A model generated the notes under the pieces. It saw only the letters and a program-made list of their open reading frames with translations, did not search any database and was not told the DNA's origin. The translations under genes were made by a program, and so were the position numbers. From contig SCKK01000008.1 in assembly GCA_004124475.1 (NCBI GenBank), positions 8,075 to 40,074 of the forward strand: a stretch of 32,000 bases of DNA. The letters run 5' to 3'. This DNA is from Fidelibacterota bacterium (GTDB taxonomy: Bacteria; Fidelibacterota; Marinisomatia; Marinisomatales; SCKK01). The first letter of the stretch is position 1, and each line of letters opens with the position of its first letter. Below are positions 1 through 9,254 of the stretch, piece by piece.

Positions 1-1
1 A

Positions 2-325
2 GTGACTCATATTGTCAATCGGTTTATGCCCAACGAACGATGGGTCATTCAATTGAAATTCACTCAATTGAAGCATGGCGAACCTCGGACCGATGATGAT
101 TATCCTATCGGTTCAAATCCAAATGACAATTACAATGACCGTAACCAAGAAGATGACGACGTCACTTATTTTCTCATGGGGGATATCACAACAACCAACA
201 CGATCAAAATAAATGTTGATTACAGACTTTCAAATACAATTTGGGCCTGGTGTGCTGTAGAAACGATTGAATCAAAAAGTGAGGATCATACCATTATTCA
301 TATTGGGGTAAGGTTTGATTACTAA
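2..325 (+). CDS. C-terminal part of a hypothetical (possibly outer-membrane beta-barrel) protein, 5'-truncated by the window or mis-started
   Basis: ORF touches the window start and ends in an amphipathic strand with terminal aromatic residue (...IIHIGVRFDY), typical of beta-barrels; overlaps the next gene start by 11 nt. Confidence 0.45.
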   Translation: MTHIVNRFMPNERWVIQLKFTQLKHGEPRTDDDYPIGSNPNDNYNDRNQEDDDVTYFLMGDITTTNTIKINVDYRLSNTIWAWCAVETIESKSEDHTIIHIGVRFDY

Positions 326-1415
326 TCTAATTATCGGACTTTTTCTTCTGGGTACAATCGTCTACTTTAGCATACTGCTGTTTGTGATCCGGGGATTGTT
401 AGGTATTGAACAGAAACCTCCGAGAAAGGATGAGTTTGTTACTGTGGTAGTCTCATTTCGGAATGAAGTGCTAAACATTTCTAATTTGCTACAATCATTA
501 AAAGAACTGACTTATCCTATTGATTTATTCGAAGTAATATTTGTTAACGACGGTTCCACGGATGGTGGTGAGAAGTTAGTCGAAGCAGAGATGGACAAAC
601 AGCTACATTGGGATCTAATTGTGATCAGCGATAAACCGAAATATTTACAGGGAAAGAAGTATGGACTAACAAAAGCGATTGAAAAAAGCAAAGGTGACGT
701 CATTCTAACGACAGACGCTGATTGTGAAGTCCCGCCTAATTGGATTCAGACCATGCTAGGGCATTTATCTCCCGAAGTGGGTATGGTATTGGGACATTCA
801 CCAATTCATGAAGATGGCACTTTTTTTCACAGATTGTTAGCCTTTGATGTAATGGCAGGCTCTGCTGTTACAGCCGCCGGGGCATTCTATAACAAACCGC
901 CACATTCCAATGGAAGGAATCTTATGTACCGAAAACAGGCATTTTTTGATGTTAATGGTTATTCTGAAAGCGGATATTTGGACAGCGGGGATGACTTTTT
1001 CCTATCCCAAGCTGTTCGAAAAAAAACTGGATGGAAATTTGATTTCTCTCCTTCACCAGAAGCTTATGTGTTTACGAAAGCATATTCTTTGGGGGAAAAA
1101 TTCCTTAATCAGCAATTGCGTAAAAATAGCAAAGCAGTTTATCATACTATTCCCTTTCTTCTTGCTGCTTTTGGGATTCTTCTGCATATAATTGGCCTTC
1201 CATTTTTCGTATTTAGTGGCGTTATGGGTATCTCATCAATACTTGCACTTTTTGTTATTAAGATTTCACTAGAATTCTGGGCAGTTGTTATGGCTTCTGA
1301 AAAACTCCATCTTTTGCACATGAGGAAATACTACCCTGTTATGGCTGTTCTCTATCCAATGTTTATCCTCATTTTCTCCTTGGCTGGGAGCTTCAAATTG
1401 TATCAGTGGAAATAA
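315..1415 (+). CDS. Glycosyltransferase family 2, membrane-associated
   Basis: N-terminal TM, 'FVTVVVSFRNE', 'EVIFVNDGSTDGG', 'DVILTTDADCEVPPNW', and C-terminal TM helices are typical of GT2. Confidence 0.88.
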   Translation: MITNLIIGLFLLGTIVYFSILLFVIRGLLGIEQKPPRKDEFVTVVVSFRNEVLNISNLLQSLKELTYPIDLFEVIFVNDGSTDGGEKLVEAEMDKQLHWDLIVISDKPKYLQGKKYGLTKAIEKSKGDVILTTDADCEVPPNWIQTMLGHLSPEVGMVLGHSPIHEDGTFFHRLLAFDVMAGSAVTAAGAFYNKPPHSNGRNLMYRKQAFFDVNGYSESGYLDSGDDFFLSQAVRKKTGWKFDFSPSPEAYVFTKAYSLGEKFLNQQLRKNSKAVYHTIPFLLAAFGILLHIIGLPFFVFSGVMGISSILALFVIKISLEFWAVVMASEKLHLLHMRKYYPVMAVLYPMFILIFSLAGSFKLYQWK

Positions 1416-1416
1416 T

Positions 1417-2433
1417 ATGTGGATAAAGTATCTCCCTGTGTTTCTTCCATTGTTGAGCTGGCGAAAAATATGGAATCTCTTTGCAAGTGAACTCTCTTTA
1501 GTATTAAGTAATCTTCTGAGGAAATCGTTTGTTTGGGGAATGCCAACGCAGATCATGGTGGAGCCAACCAACATTTGTAATCTTCAATGTCCTCTCTGTG
1601 CAAATGGGGCTGGAGTTCTTGGAAGAAGACCAGATTATCTAGATCTTGAGGTCTTTAAATCAACCATTAATGAACTTCATCCGTGGCTAACTCAAATCCT
1701 TTTCTGGAATCAAGGAGAACCTTTTTTAAGCAAGATATTCTTGAAGATGGTAAGGTATGCAGTAGATCGTAAAATCTTTACTCTTGCAAGCACTAATGGA
1801 CACTTTCTGAATAATGCACAAGAAATATGTGATTCGGGCTTACACGCTTTGACTATTTCACTTGACGGTGCTACAGAAGATACCTATCTGAAATATCGAA
1901 TAGGGGGTGATTTCCAGAAAGTCCTAAAAGGAATCAGGGGTATAGTGCAATTCAAAAGGAAGAATCACAAGAAGACACCTATTCTCATTCTTCAGTTGGT
2001 AATTACACGACTGAATGAACATGAAGTACCGAAAATAAGAAAACTTGCTCGTGAATTGGAAGTAAACTATCTGTTACTGAAAACAGCAGAAATTCCCAAT
2101 AAAGAGGATTTGGAGATATACTCACCACAAACTCCAAGGTATAGAAGATATTTCTCCGGAAACGACATTACCTTCCGTAAGAACTGTCCCAAACTCTGGA
2201 CCCAACCAGTGCTTAACTCAAATGGAGAATGGTCTGTATGTTGTTTTGATAAAACTGTTATATTCCCTTTAGGTAGTTCCAAACAAAATGGGGGAAACTT
2301 CAGGGAGATCTGGACGTCAAGACAATTTAATACATTTCGCAAATTAGTATATAAAGATAGGAACAATTTTCCCATGTGTATAGACTGTTCTGCTCACTTG
2401 AAATTAATTTTCGATTTCGAGAGAACTGGGTAA
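1417..2433 (+). CDS. Radical SAM protein with SPASM-like C-terminal domain
   Basis: 'PTNICNLQCPLC' CxxxCxxC motif, 'NQGEPFL', 'SLDGATEDTY', and C-terminal cysteines 'WSVCCFD...CIDC'. Confidence 0.88.
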   Translation: MWIKYLPVFLPLLSWRKIWNLFASELSLVLSNLLRKSFVWGMPTQIMVEPTNICNLQCPLCANGAGVLGRRPDYLDLEVFKSTINELHPWLTQILFWNQGEPFLSKIFLKMVRYAVDRKIFTLASTNGHFLNNAQEICDSGLHALTISLDGATEDTYLKYRIGGDFQKVLKGIRGIVQFKRKNHKKTPILILQLVITRLNEHEVPKIRKLARELEVNYLLLKTAEIPNKEDLEIYSPQTPRYRRYFSGNDITFRKNCPKLWTQPVLNSNGEWSVCCFDKTVIFPLGSSKQNGGNFREIWTSRQFNTFRKLVYKDRNNFPMCIDCSAHLKLIFDFERTG

Positions 2434-2435
2434 GA

Positions 2436-3281
2436 GTGAAAATTACTTTCTTATTGAAGCTCGCTTTTTCCATGCTGATCATGGCTTATTTATTTACCAG
2501 GTTGTCGTTGCATCAGGTCTATGATTTTTGGCAGACCTTGTCACTTAGTACAATTCTCGTTTTGTTTTTTCTTTTTCTAGTGAATCTTATGGTCCAGTTA
2601 TGGCGATGGAGAACCCTTGTAATTAGCCATCTCCCCAAAACGAGTTTTGATCAGATTATAAAATCGTTTTTTGCAGGATTTACGTTACGACTTTCTGTGC
2701 CCGGAGGATATGCAGAAGTTGGGAAGATATTTCTAGTAAGTGGTGGTCGAAAAGAGACATTATTTGCGTTTGGCATGGAAAAATACATTATTGCATCAAC
2801 GCAATTTCTGTTGGTGGGGTTTGCTGGTATGTATATTTTACCAGAATTTTACGCTGGCTCATTTACTATGGTTGTATTGGCAGTGACATTATTTACCGTA
2901 TACCCGTATTTCAAGAAGTTTCCTTTCTTGAAACGTCACTTAGACCCCGATTTTCCGTATTCTTCATCTATGATTATAGTGGCTGTATTAACGGTGATGG
3001 TTTATGCGTTGGTCACAACTCAATATTATTTTATGCTCCTACCCGAAAAGGTGTTGACATGGTTAGAAATGGCTTCGGTTGTCATCATTCTGATCGGTTC
3101 TGCAATGATTCCAATCTCCTATTCAGGTCTGGGAGTCAGAGAAGGTGTAGGAATTTTTCTCTTTCAGCGATTCGATGTTGGACAAGAGATAGTGGTAGGC
3201 ATGACGCTGTTGATTTTTCTTCTCAACATAGTACTCCCCGCCATTGTCGGGATGGTAGTGATTTTCAAATTTCGCAAATAG
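2436..3281 (+). CDS. Lysylphosphatidylglycerol synthase TM region/UPF0104-like multi-pass membrane protein
   Basis: Hydrophobic multi-TM ORF; 'RLSVPGGYAEVGKIFLV...FAMEKY', 'PISYSGLGVREGVGIFLF' match the LPG_synthase_TM pattern. GTG at 2436 gives a start immediately after the radical SAM stop (track start 2376 overlaps it). Confidence 0.75.
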   Translation: MKITFLLKLAFSMLIMAYLFTRLSLHQVYDFWQTLSLSTILVLFFLFLVNLMVQLWRWRTLVISHLPKTSFDQIIKSFFAGFTLRLSVPGGYAEVGKIFLVSGGRKETLFAFGMEKYIIASTQFLLVGFAGMYILPEFYAGSFTMVVLAVTLFTVYPYFKKFPFLKRHLDPDFPYSSSMIIVAVLTVMVYALVTTQYYFMLLPEKVLTWLEMASVVIILIGSAMIPISYSGLGVREGVGIFLFQRFDVGQEIVVGMTLLIFLLNIVLPAIVGMVVIFKFRK

Positions 3282-4092
3282 AGAATGTTTTCGTTTAAAC
3301 AATTATTGGGATCTGTGGATTTGTCACAGAAACACAATGATATTTTATAACATTAGGATAACGATAGATAGGGTAGTTTTGCAACTTCTTGTACAAATAT
3401 TCTTATACCTTAATTACCTCTTATGCAATGCTTGATATTGCTTTCTCTGCCTATGCATCGGCATGATGCGAAGCGGCTAATGAATGAGGCTAAATTCTGG
3501 TAAATATATTTGTCTCAGTCTCCTCCATTATGAAAGGGAAAGTTGAACAAGGAGATTGAGTAATGACTAATTGTCTTTTTGAATGAACAGTTCTCCGATG
3601 ATAAAGTAATTTGTTTCTATGCCACTATAATATTCAACTGTTCTGGACTACCACTCCATCTGCAGCCAACTGTTTTTACATCCTGCTAAAGTACATTACA
3701 TAGGATTTTATAACTATTATTCTGGGTATAAGATTAATATTGGATAAAAGATCGCCTCATAATCACTAAACGGTCACTCAAGCCTCCAAGTTCACTAATA
3801 TAAGGAGGGACAGAGTACTGAAAATCCTTGTGTCGCTGGTTTCCCGATTCAATCGGGAGCCCAGTCACGATACCCTCCAATATAATGTGTTGGGTATTTT
3901 TTCCCCAATAGTCAGTTACTCCCCGACTTTGTAGAGGTGGACAGTCTTCTTGTTAATGAAAAAATACTATTACCTAAAAGAGAACATCCACTATATACTA
4001 ACAGAAAGAATTTCACATCTTTTTAATTGAAAATGATAGTAATTTATAACGTTAATCGTTGGGGTACTTAAATAATCAAGGTACAAGGTTCA

Positions 4093-4133
4093 TCCTGAAG
4101 TTTCGGGATATTACTTGTCCCGAAACTTCGGGA
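4093..4133. repeat. Imperfect inverted repeat TCCTGAAGTTTCGGGA / TCCCGAAACTTCGGGA
   Basis: 16-nt arms with one mismatch around a 9-nt spacer, read directly; related words at 13647-13662 and 22943-22962. Confidence 0.85.
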
Positions 4134-4251
4134 TGCTGTGCACAGTCAGCCTAAAAATGAAAATTCCTACCCGCCTGAACTACATAGTCGGGCAGGCCCG
4201 CCTGCTCCCCAGCTTGCCTCACTCTGTGAGTGGCGGGCAGGTACAATCAAG

Positions 4252-5940
4252 TTAATATCCCGCCGCCTGTCCGTCCTTTCGGGATTCCGATGCCCCGTAA
4301 TAGACGCCCTGTTCGGAATCCCAGAGAATAGCTTGATAGCCCCCAAACCCACCTTTGGTTACTCGTACATTATGACCTTTTTGTTGTAGTGCTTCGATAA
4401 CGTCAGAAGAAAATCCGGATTCCAGATTCACGATTCCTCCATCAATCATTGATTCTCCTGTGGGTTGAGAACTTCCGGTATGGCGAATTCTGGGCGCATC
4501 TCCCGCCTCCTGCAGATTCATGCCAAAGTCCATGATGTTGACCAATATTTGAGCGTGCCCCTGTGGCTGCATGGCTCCCCCCATCACACCAAAGCTCATG
4601 AACGGCTTACCATCTTTCGTAACAAACGCAGGGATAATCGTGTGGAAGGGTCTCTTGTCGGGTTCAAATACGTTGAAATGACCTTCCTCCAAACTGAACA
4701 ACTCTCCCCTGTCTTGAAGGATAAAGCCGAGGTCTCCAGGCGTCATCCCGGAGCCCATGCCCCGGTAGTTACTCTGAATGAGAGATACCATATTTCCATC
4801 CTTGTCAGCCACGGTGAGGTAGATAGTATCGCCATCTTCCAAGTTACCGGGTTCGTAAGTGAGAGCTGCACGGTTTGGGTCAATGAGTTTTCGCCGTTCA
4901 TCGGCATAGTCCTTGGAAATCAGATGCTCTACCGGAATTTGGTTGAAAGCCGGATCGGCATAATATTGTGACCTATCCTCGAATGCCAACTTCTTTGCCT
5001 CCACAAATGTGTGGATATACTCAGCGCTGCCAAATCCCATGGATTTTATATCGTATTCTTCCAGGATATTCAGGATTTGCAAAGCTGCGATCCCCTGACC
5101 ATTGGGAGGCAGTTCCCAGACATCGTATCCCCTGTAGTTGGTGGAAACAGGTTCAACCCATTCGGATGTGTGGGAAGCAAGGTCTTCATAAGTGAGGAAT
5201 CCTCCTTGCTCCTGAATATATTCGGCGATGGCCTGGGCAATCTCACCTTCGTAAAAAGCATCCCGTCCTCCTCTTGCAATTTTTTTCAATGTTTTTGCCA
5301 AGCGTGGATTCTTGAAGATTTCCCCCTTTTTAGGAGCGCGACCGTTAGGCATAAAGGTATCTGCAAAGCCAGGGAATTCCTTGAGGATAGGGACACTCTT
5401 TTCCATGTAATAGGCAATCAGCTCAGTCACAGGGAAACCGGTTTCTGCATAATCAATGGCAGGTTGAAGAATCTTTTGCATGCTCAGTTTTCCAAATCGC
5501 TTGTGCATTTCAAACCATCCATCCACACAGCCCGGGACTGAAACGGGTAACGGTCCGTGTGAAGGGATACGAGTGTAGCCGTGATCACTAAAATATTTGA
5601 GAGTCAGGGATTTGGGAGAACGGCCACTGGCATTAAGACCGTAAAGTTTTTGGGACGAGGCAACCCAAATAATGGCAAATAAATCTCCACCGATACCGTT
5701 ACCCGTTGGTTCTACCAAACCGAGCACAGCATTTGCCGCAACGGCAGCGTCTATAGCGTTTCCACCTGCTTTAAGAATATCTAACGCCACTTGTGTTGCC
5801 AGCGGCTGGCTGGTTGCCGCCATACCGTTTCGGGCAATAACTTCGGAGCGGGTAGCAAAAGGCAAACCTGTGAGGCGATTCTGTGAGATTGCGGTGTTAT
5901 GAATGATCATTAATGAGGAAAATAGAATAATAGATCCCAT
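4252..5940 (-). CDS. ggt: Gamma-glutamyltransferase family (Ntn hydrolase)
   Basis: 'GMAATSQPLATQVALDILKAGGNAIDAAVAANAVLGLVEPTGNGIGGDLFAI' N-terminus; catalytic Thr region 'GDTIYLTVADKDGNMVSLIQSNY'; 'GSGMTPGDLGFILQDRG'. Confidence 0.95.
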   Translation of the reverse strand: MGSIILFSSLMIIHNTAISQNRLTGLPFATRSEVIARNGMAATSQPLATQVALDILKAGGNAIDAAVAANAVLGLVEPTGNGIGGDLFAIIWVASSQKLYGLNASGRSPKSLTLKYFSDHGYTRIPSHGPLPVSVPGCVDGWFEMHKRFGKLSMQKILQPAIDYAETGFPVTELIAYYMEKSVPILKEFPGFADTFMPNGRAPKKGEIFKNPRLAKTLKKIARGGRDAFYEGEIAQAIAEYIQEQGGFLTYEDLASHTSEWVEPVSTNYRGYDVWELPPNGQGIAALQILNILEEYDIKSMGFGSAEYIHTFVEAKKLAFEDRSQYYADPAFNQIPVEHLISKDYADERRKLIDPNRAALTYEPGNLEDGDTIYLTVADKDGNMVSLIQSNYRGMGSGMTPGDLGFILQDRGELFSLEEGHFNVFEPDKRPFHTIIPAFVTKDGKPFMSFGVMGGAMQPQGHAQILVNIMDFGMNLQEAGDAPRIRHTGSSQPTGESMIDGGIVNLESGFSSDVIEALQQKGHNVRVTKGGFGGYQAILWDSEQGVYYGASESRKDGQAAGY

Positions 5941-6126
5941 AATGTATCCCCTTAATTTGATAGATGAGACGATTATTTTGATTGAAATATAGCAATTCCG
6001 GTAGTACCCTGCTCTAATGGGAATCTCGTTGGCTTTGATTAAAAATGCAATGAAATTGTGGGTTTGGATGAAACTATTCTGTAACTTTGCTTAAAATCCT
6101 TTCAACTTCAAAATAAGGAGCAAGTC

Positions 6127-7110
6127 ATGAGAATATATCTTTTAGTTATCGTGTGGTCTCTCCTATTTAATTCCAACATTGCTTATTCCCAAGAACTTCC
6201 TATCCGTCCGGTATCGACCTATTCTATTGTGGCGCTTGATCCTGAGACTAAAGAATTGGGTGTAGCAGTACAGAGCCATTGGTTTTCTGTCGGTCCCATA
6301 GTTCCATGGGCTGAAGCAGGTGTGGGAGCGGTAGCAACTCAATCGCTTGTGAAAATTGACTACGGTCCGGATGGGCTCAGGTTAATGCGAGAGGGACTTT
6401 CTGCAAGGGAAGCTCTTGAAAAGCTGATATCAGAGGATACGGGTCAGGCCGTGCGTCAGGTGGCTATGGTAGATATTCAAGGAAACGTGGCGACTCATAC
6501 AGGGGCTCGATGTATTGCAGCGGCGGGTCATCAAGCAGGCAAAAATTACTCCGTCCAGGCAAATTTGATGGAATATCCTACCGTCTGGCCAGCCATGGCG
6601 GAAGCCTTTGAACGGACACAAGGTGATCTGGCAGATCGGATGATGGCGGCGCTGGAAGCGGCACAGCGGGAAGGGGGAGACATCCGGGGGCGGCAATCTG
6701 CGGCCATGCTCATTGTCTCCGGTGAACCAACCGGTGTGCCTTGGAAAGATGTAATCCTGGATCTCCGGGTAGAGGATCACCCCGAACCGTTAAAGGAATT
6801 AAAACGGCTGATCCGTATCCATCGGGCATACAAACATGCCAATAAAGGGGATGAATTGCTGGAAGTGGATGATATCGAGGGAGCGCTCAGGGAGTATAGT
6901 CTGGCGGAGGAATATTATCCCGAAAACATCGAGCTTCCTTTTTGGACAGCGGTGACATTGGCAGGAACAGGACGATTAGAGGAAGCACTTCCTATATTCA
7001 AGAAAGTGTTTGCTATAAATGAAAAATGGCGAACACTAACTCCGAGATTGGTGAAATCGGAACTGCTGCCGGATGATCCGGATATGCTGGAGGAAATTAT
7101 CAAACAGTAG
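6127..7110 (+). CDS. DUF1028 domain-containing protein with C-terminal TPR-like region, secreted
   Basis: Signal peptide; 'TYSIVALDPETKELGVAVQSHWFSVGPIVPWAEAGVGAVATQS' is a DUF1028 hallmark; C-terminal helical repeats 'DIEGALREYSLAEEYYPENIELPFW'. Confidence 0.88.
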   Translation: MRIYLLVIVWSLLFNSNIAYSQELPIRPVSTYSIVALDPETKELGVAVQSHWFSVGPIVPWAEAGVGAVATQSLVKIDYGPDGLRLMREGLSAREALEKLISEDTGQAVRQVAMVDIQGNVATHTGARCIAAAGHQAGKNYSVQANLMEYPTVWPAMAEAFERTQGDLADRMMAALEAAQREGGDIRGRQSAAMLIVSGEPTGVPWKDVILDLRVEDHPEPLKELKRLIRIHRAYKHANKGDELLEVDDIEGALREYSLAEEYYPENIELPFWTAVTLAGTGRLEEALPIFKKVFAINEKWRTLTPRLVKSELLPDDPDMLEEIIKQ

Positions 7111-7114
7111 CCCC

Positions 7115-8251
7115 TTGCTGGAATTAGCATTTATCTGCACCTCCTGTAAAAAACCATATGAGGGACAAGAAATCCCCACCCTCTGCTCCTGTGGTCATCC
7201 TCTTGAAGTCAGGTTGGATCTGGTAAAAACGGCCTCTGCTTCTGCAACTGCTACTATCAATCAAACCGACCCTTCCCTTTGGCGCTATCGATCTGTTTTA
7301 CCTCCCATCAGTGACGAACACATCACGACACTGATTGAAGGATGGACGGCTTTAAATCGTGCTGAGGACTATCTGGGTGTTTCCCTCTATTTCAAGGATG
7401 AAACGGTAAATCCCACGGGTTCTTTCAAGGATCGGGGGATGAGCTTGGCCATCTCTCACCTCCGTAGTTATGGAATCCGTGCTGTCTGTTTGCCATCGGC
7501 GGGGAATGCAGGTGTGGCGGCAGCCGCCTATTGTCAGGAGGCAGGAATCGAATGCCACGTCTACTTACCTGAAACCATCCCCACACCCTTTTTTGAAGCA
7601 ACTGAAAAGTATGGAGCAACGGTTCGTCTGGTGGGGAAAACCATAGCCGATGCGTCCAATGCTATGAAGAAAGAAAAACATGAAACCTGGTCTGACCTCT
7701 CCACGTTGAAGGAACCATTTCGTGTGGAAGGGAAAAAGACATTAGGGTATGAAATTGCAGAACAGTTGGAGTGGTGTTTCCCAGATGTGGTGGTCTATCC
7801 CACGGGTGGTGGGACAGGATTGATGGGCATGTGGAAAGCATTCAACGAAATGAAAGAAATGGGGTGGGTCGAAGGCAACCTTCCTCGCATGGTAGTGGTT
7901 CAGTCCTCGGGATGTGCTCCTATTGTTAACGCATTTGAGAAAGGGTTGAAGAAACACCAGCCGTGGCAAAAACCAGAGACATCCGCTCTCGGCTTGAATG
8001 TCTCGAATCCCATTGGAGGGCCCTGGATGCTCAGAGTTTTGCGGGAGAGTGCAGGTATAGCTGTGATGGTGGAGGAAGGAGAGATTCCAGCGGCGTGGAA
8101 AGAAGTGGCTGTCGTTTCAGGAACCGAGCCATCACCGGAGGCTGGAGTGGCATGGCTCGGTTTTAAATCATTTGTGGATTCAGGTTGGATTCACCCCGAA
8201 GAAGTAGTTATTATACCGATTACCGGGAGTGGAGAAAGATATGCATTATAA
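7115..8251 (+). CDS. thrC: Threonine synthase-like PLP-dependent enzyme
   Basis: Zinc-ribbon-like N-terminus 'FICTSCKKPYEG..TLCSCG', PLP lysine motif 'NPTGSFKDRG', 'PTGGGTGLMGMWKAF'. TTG at 7115 is the likelier start (track ORF begins 7073). Confidence 0.82.
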   Translation: MLELAFICTSCKKPYEGQEIPTLCSCGHPLEVRLDLVKTASASATATINQTDPSLWRYRSVLPPISDEHITTLIEGWTALNRAEDYLGVSLYFKDETVNPTGSFKDRGMSLAISHLRSYGIRAVCLPSAGNAGVAAAAYCQEAGIECHVYLPETIPTPFFEATEKYGATVRLVGKTIADASNAMKKEKHETWSDLSTLKEPFRVEGKKTLGYEIAEQLEWCFPDVVVYPTGGGTGLMGMWKAFNEMKEMGWVEGNLPRMVVVQSSGCAPIVNAFEKGLKKHQPWQKPETSALGLNVSNPIGGPWMLRVLRESAGIAVMVEEGEIPAAWKEVAVVSGTEPSPEAGVAWLGFKSFVDSGWIHPEEVVIIPITGSGERYAL

Positions 8252-8418
8252 GTGTTAAAGTGTTACATTGTTAAGGTGTTTGAATATCTGATTACCATAC
8301 AGATTTCCGAAAGGGGAGGTAAGTGGAAAAATTTAAATAGGGAAAAGGTCTTATCGCTACTTTTGCGGCAGTGGCAGTTGGGTTGATGTTATTTCTCATC
8401 TTGTTTGGCAACCCATTG

Positions 8419-8751
8419 TCACAACGCACCATTTATAGCAACAGGATTTTTAGGAAATAGATAGTATACGTTTTTCGGATTGTCCACTCCCTGAATCACT
8501 TCGTAGATATAAGTAAGTGTATCAACTGTACTCTGAACCGCAAAGAAAGTCAGATCGTGTTCAGACAGGATAAAGGTTGTGTTCCACTCTTCAGGATCGA
8601 GTAAAATGGAAGTGTCTCCGGCCCAGTGATGGAAAACCATCGTCTGAGGATCGAGATTTGCCCGGATGTGGACGGTATCACCGGGTGCGTATGTACCGCT
8701 TCCATAACCACTTTCTACCATTAATAAAAAGGCTGGCAACCCCAAAGTCAC
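8419..8751 (-). pseudogene. Fragment of a secreted protein: InlB-like B-repeat followed by the truncated start of a probable hydrolase domain
   Basis: 'ESGYGSGTYAPGDTVHIRANLDPQTMVFHHWAGDT' resembles a divergent InlB B-repeat; the ORF start sits inside a terminator-like hairpin and the ORF ends abruptly. Confidence 0.45.
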
Positions 8752-8762
8752 CAGCCTTTTTT
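8726..8762. terminator. Intrinsic, potentially bidirectional terminator hairpin
   Basis: AAAAAGGCTGG ... CCAGCCTTTTT perfect 11-nt arms flanked by A/T tracts. Confidence 0.7.
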
Positions 8763-8772
8763 GTTGGTGTTT

Positions 8773-9021
8773 TTAACCTGTGTTAAAACATGAGACGAAT
8801 TCCGAGCTGCATCCGCCACCGTTCACATCACCGGAATAGATGAACGAGTATCTGTTGCCCCCGTCATTAACAAACCTGTTCCCTTCCGCCAGTTCAAAGA
8901 ACAGGCCTACGCTGGTCGCCATGCTCCTGGACCATTCATGGCGGTAATTGGCTCTCAACTCTGCTTTGACCTCTGGCCAGAACTCATCCGGTACTTTCCC
9001 TGAAAAGTAAACAAATTGCAA
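8773..9021 (-). pseudogene. Fragment paralogous to the neighbouring TonB-dependent receptor
   Basis: 'FFELAEGNRFVNDGGNRYSFIYSGDVNG' aligns with 'FLELAEGNRFAGAGGNRYSFTYSGDINGDG' in the 9255..12638 ORF, then loses similarity. Confidence 0.75.
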
Positions 9022-9254
9022 GCACTATATTCTTTTTCATGGGTAGTCTCTCTCCTTCGCAGAACAACGTATGACAACGAATGAATACCCCGGCGTGCCC
9101 GAGAGTTTAGAGTCTCAGACCACAAGTTGCAAAATATTTGGCGGGGTCCCCGAGGTTCTGCGGGTAAAGCAGGTTAGGAAATTAAGAGAACGCAGTGGGA
9201 TCAGGAGCTAATAAAACCTCAGATTAAATCTGGTTCACTCAATGTGCCCAACGA

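Noticed and set aside
3059-3298. 79-aa ORF within the LPG-synthase-like gene
   Set aside because: Out-of-frame shadow of the membrane protein reading frame with low-complexity composition.
4138-4389. 83-aa plus-strand ORF and 61-aa minus-strand ORF
   Set aside because: Both run through the GC-rich repeat cluster and into the GGT C-terminal coding region; no recognizable domain.
4465-5902. Plus-strand ORFs opposite the gamma-glutamyltransferase
   Set aside because: Antisense shadow ORFs lacking family motifs; the minus-strand frame has full GGT conservation.
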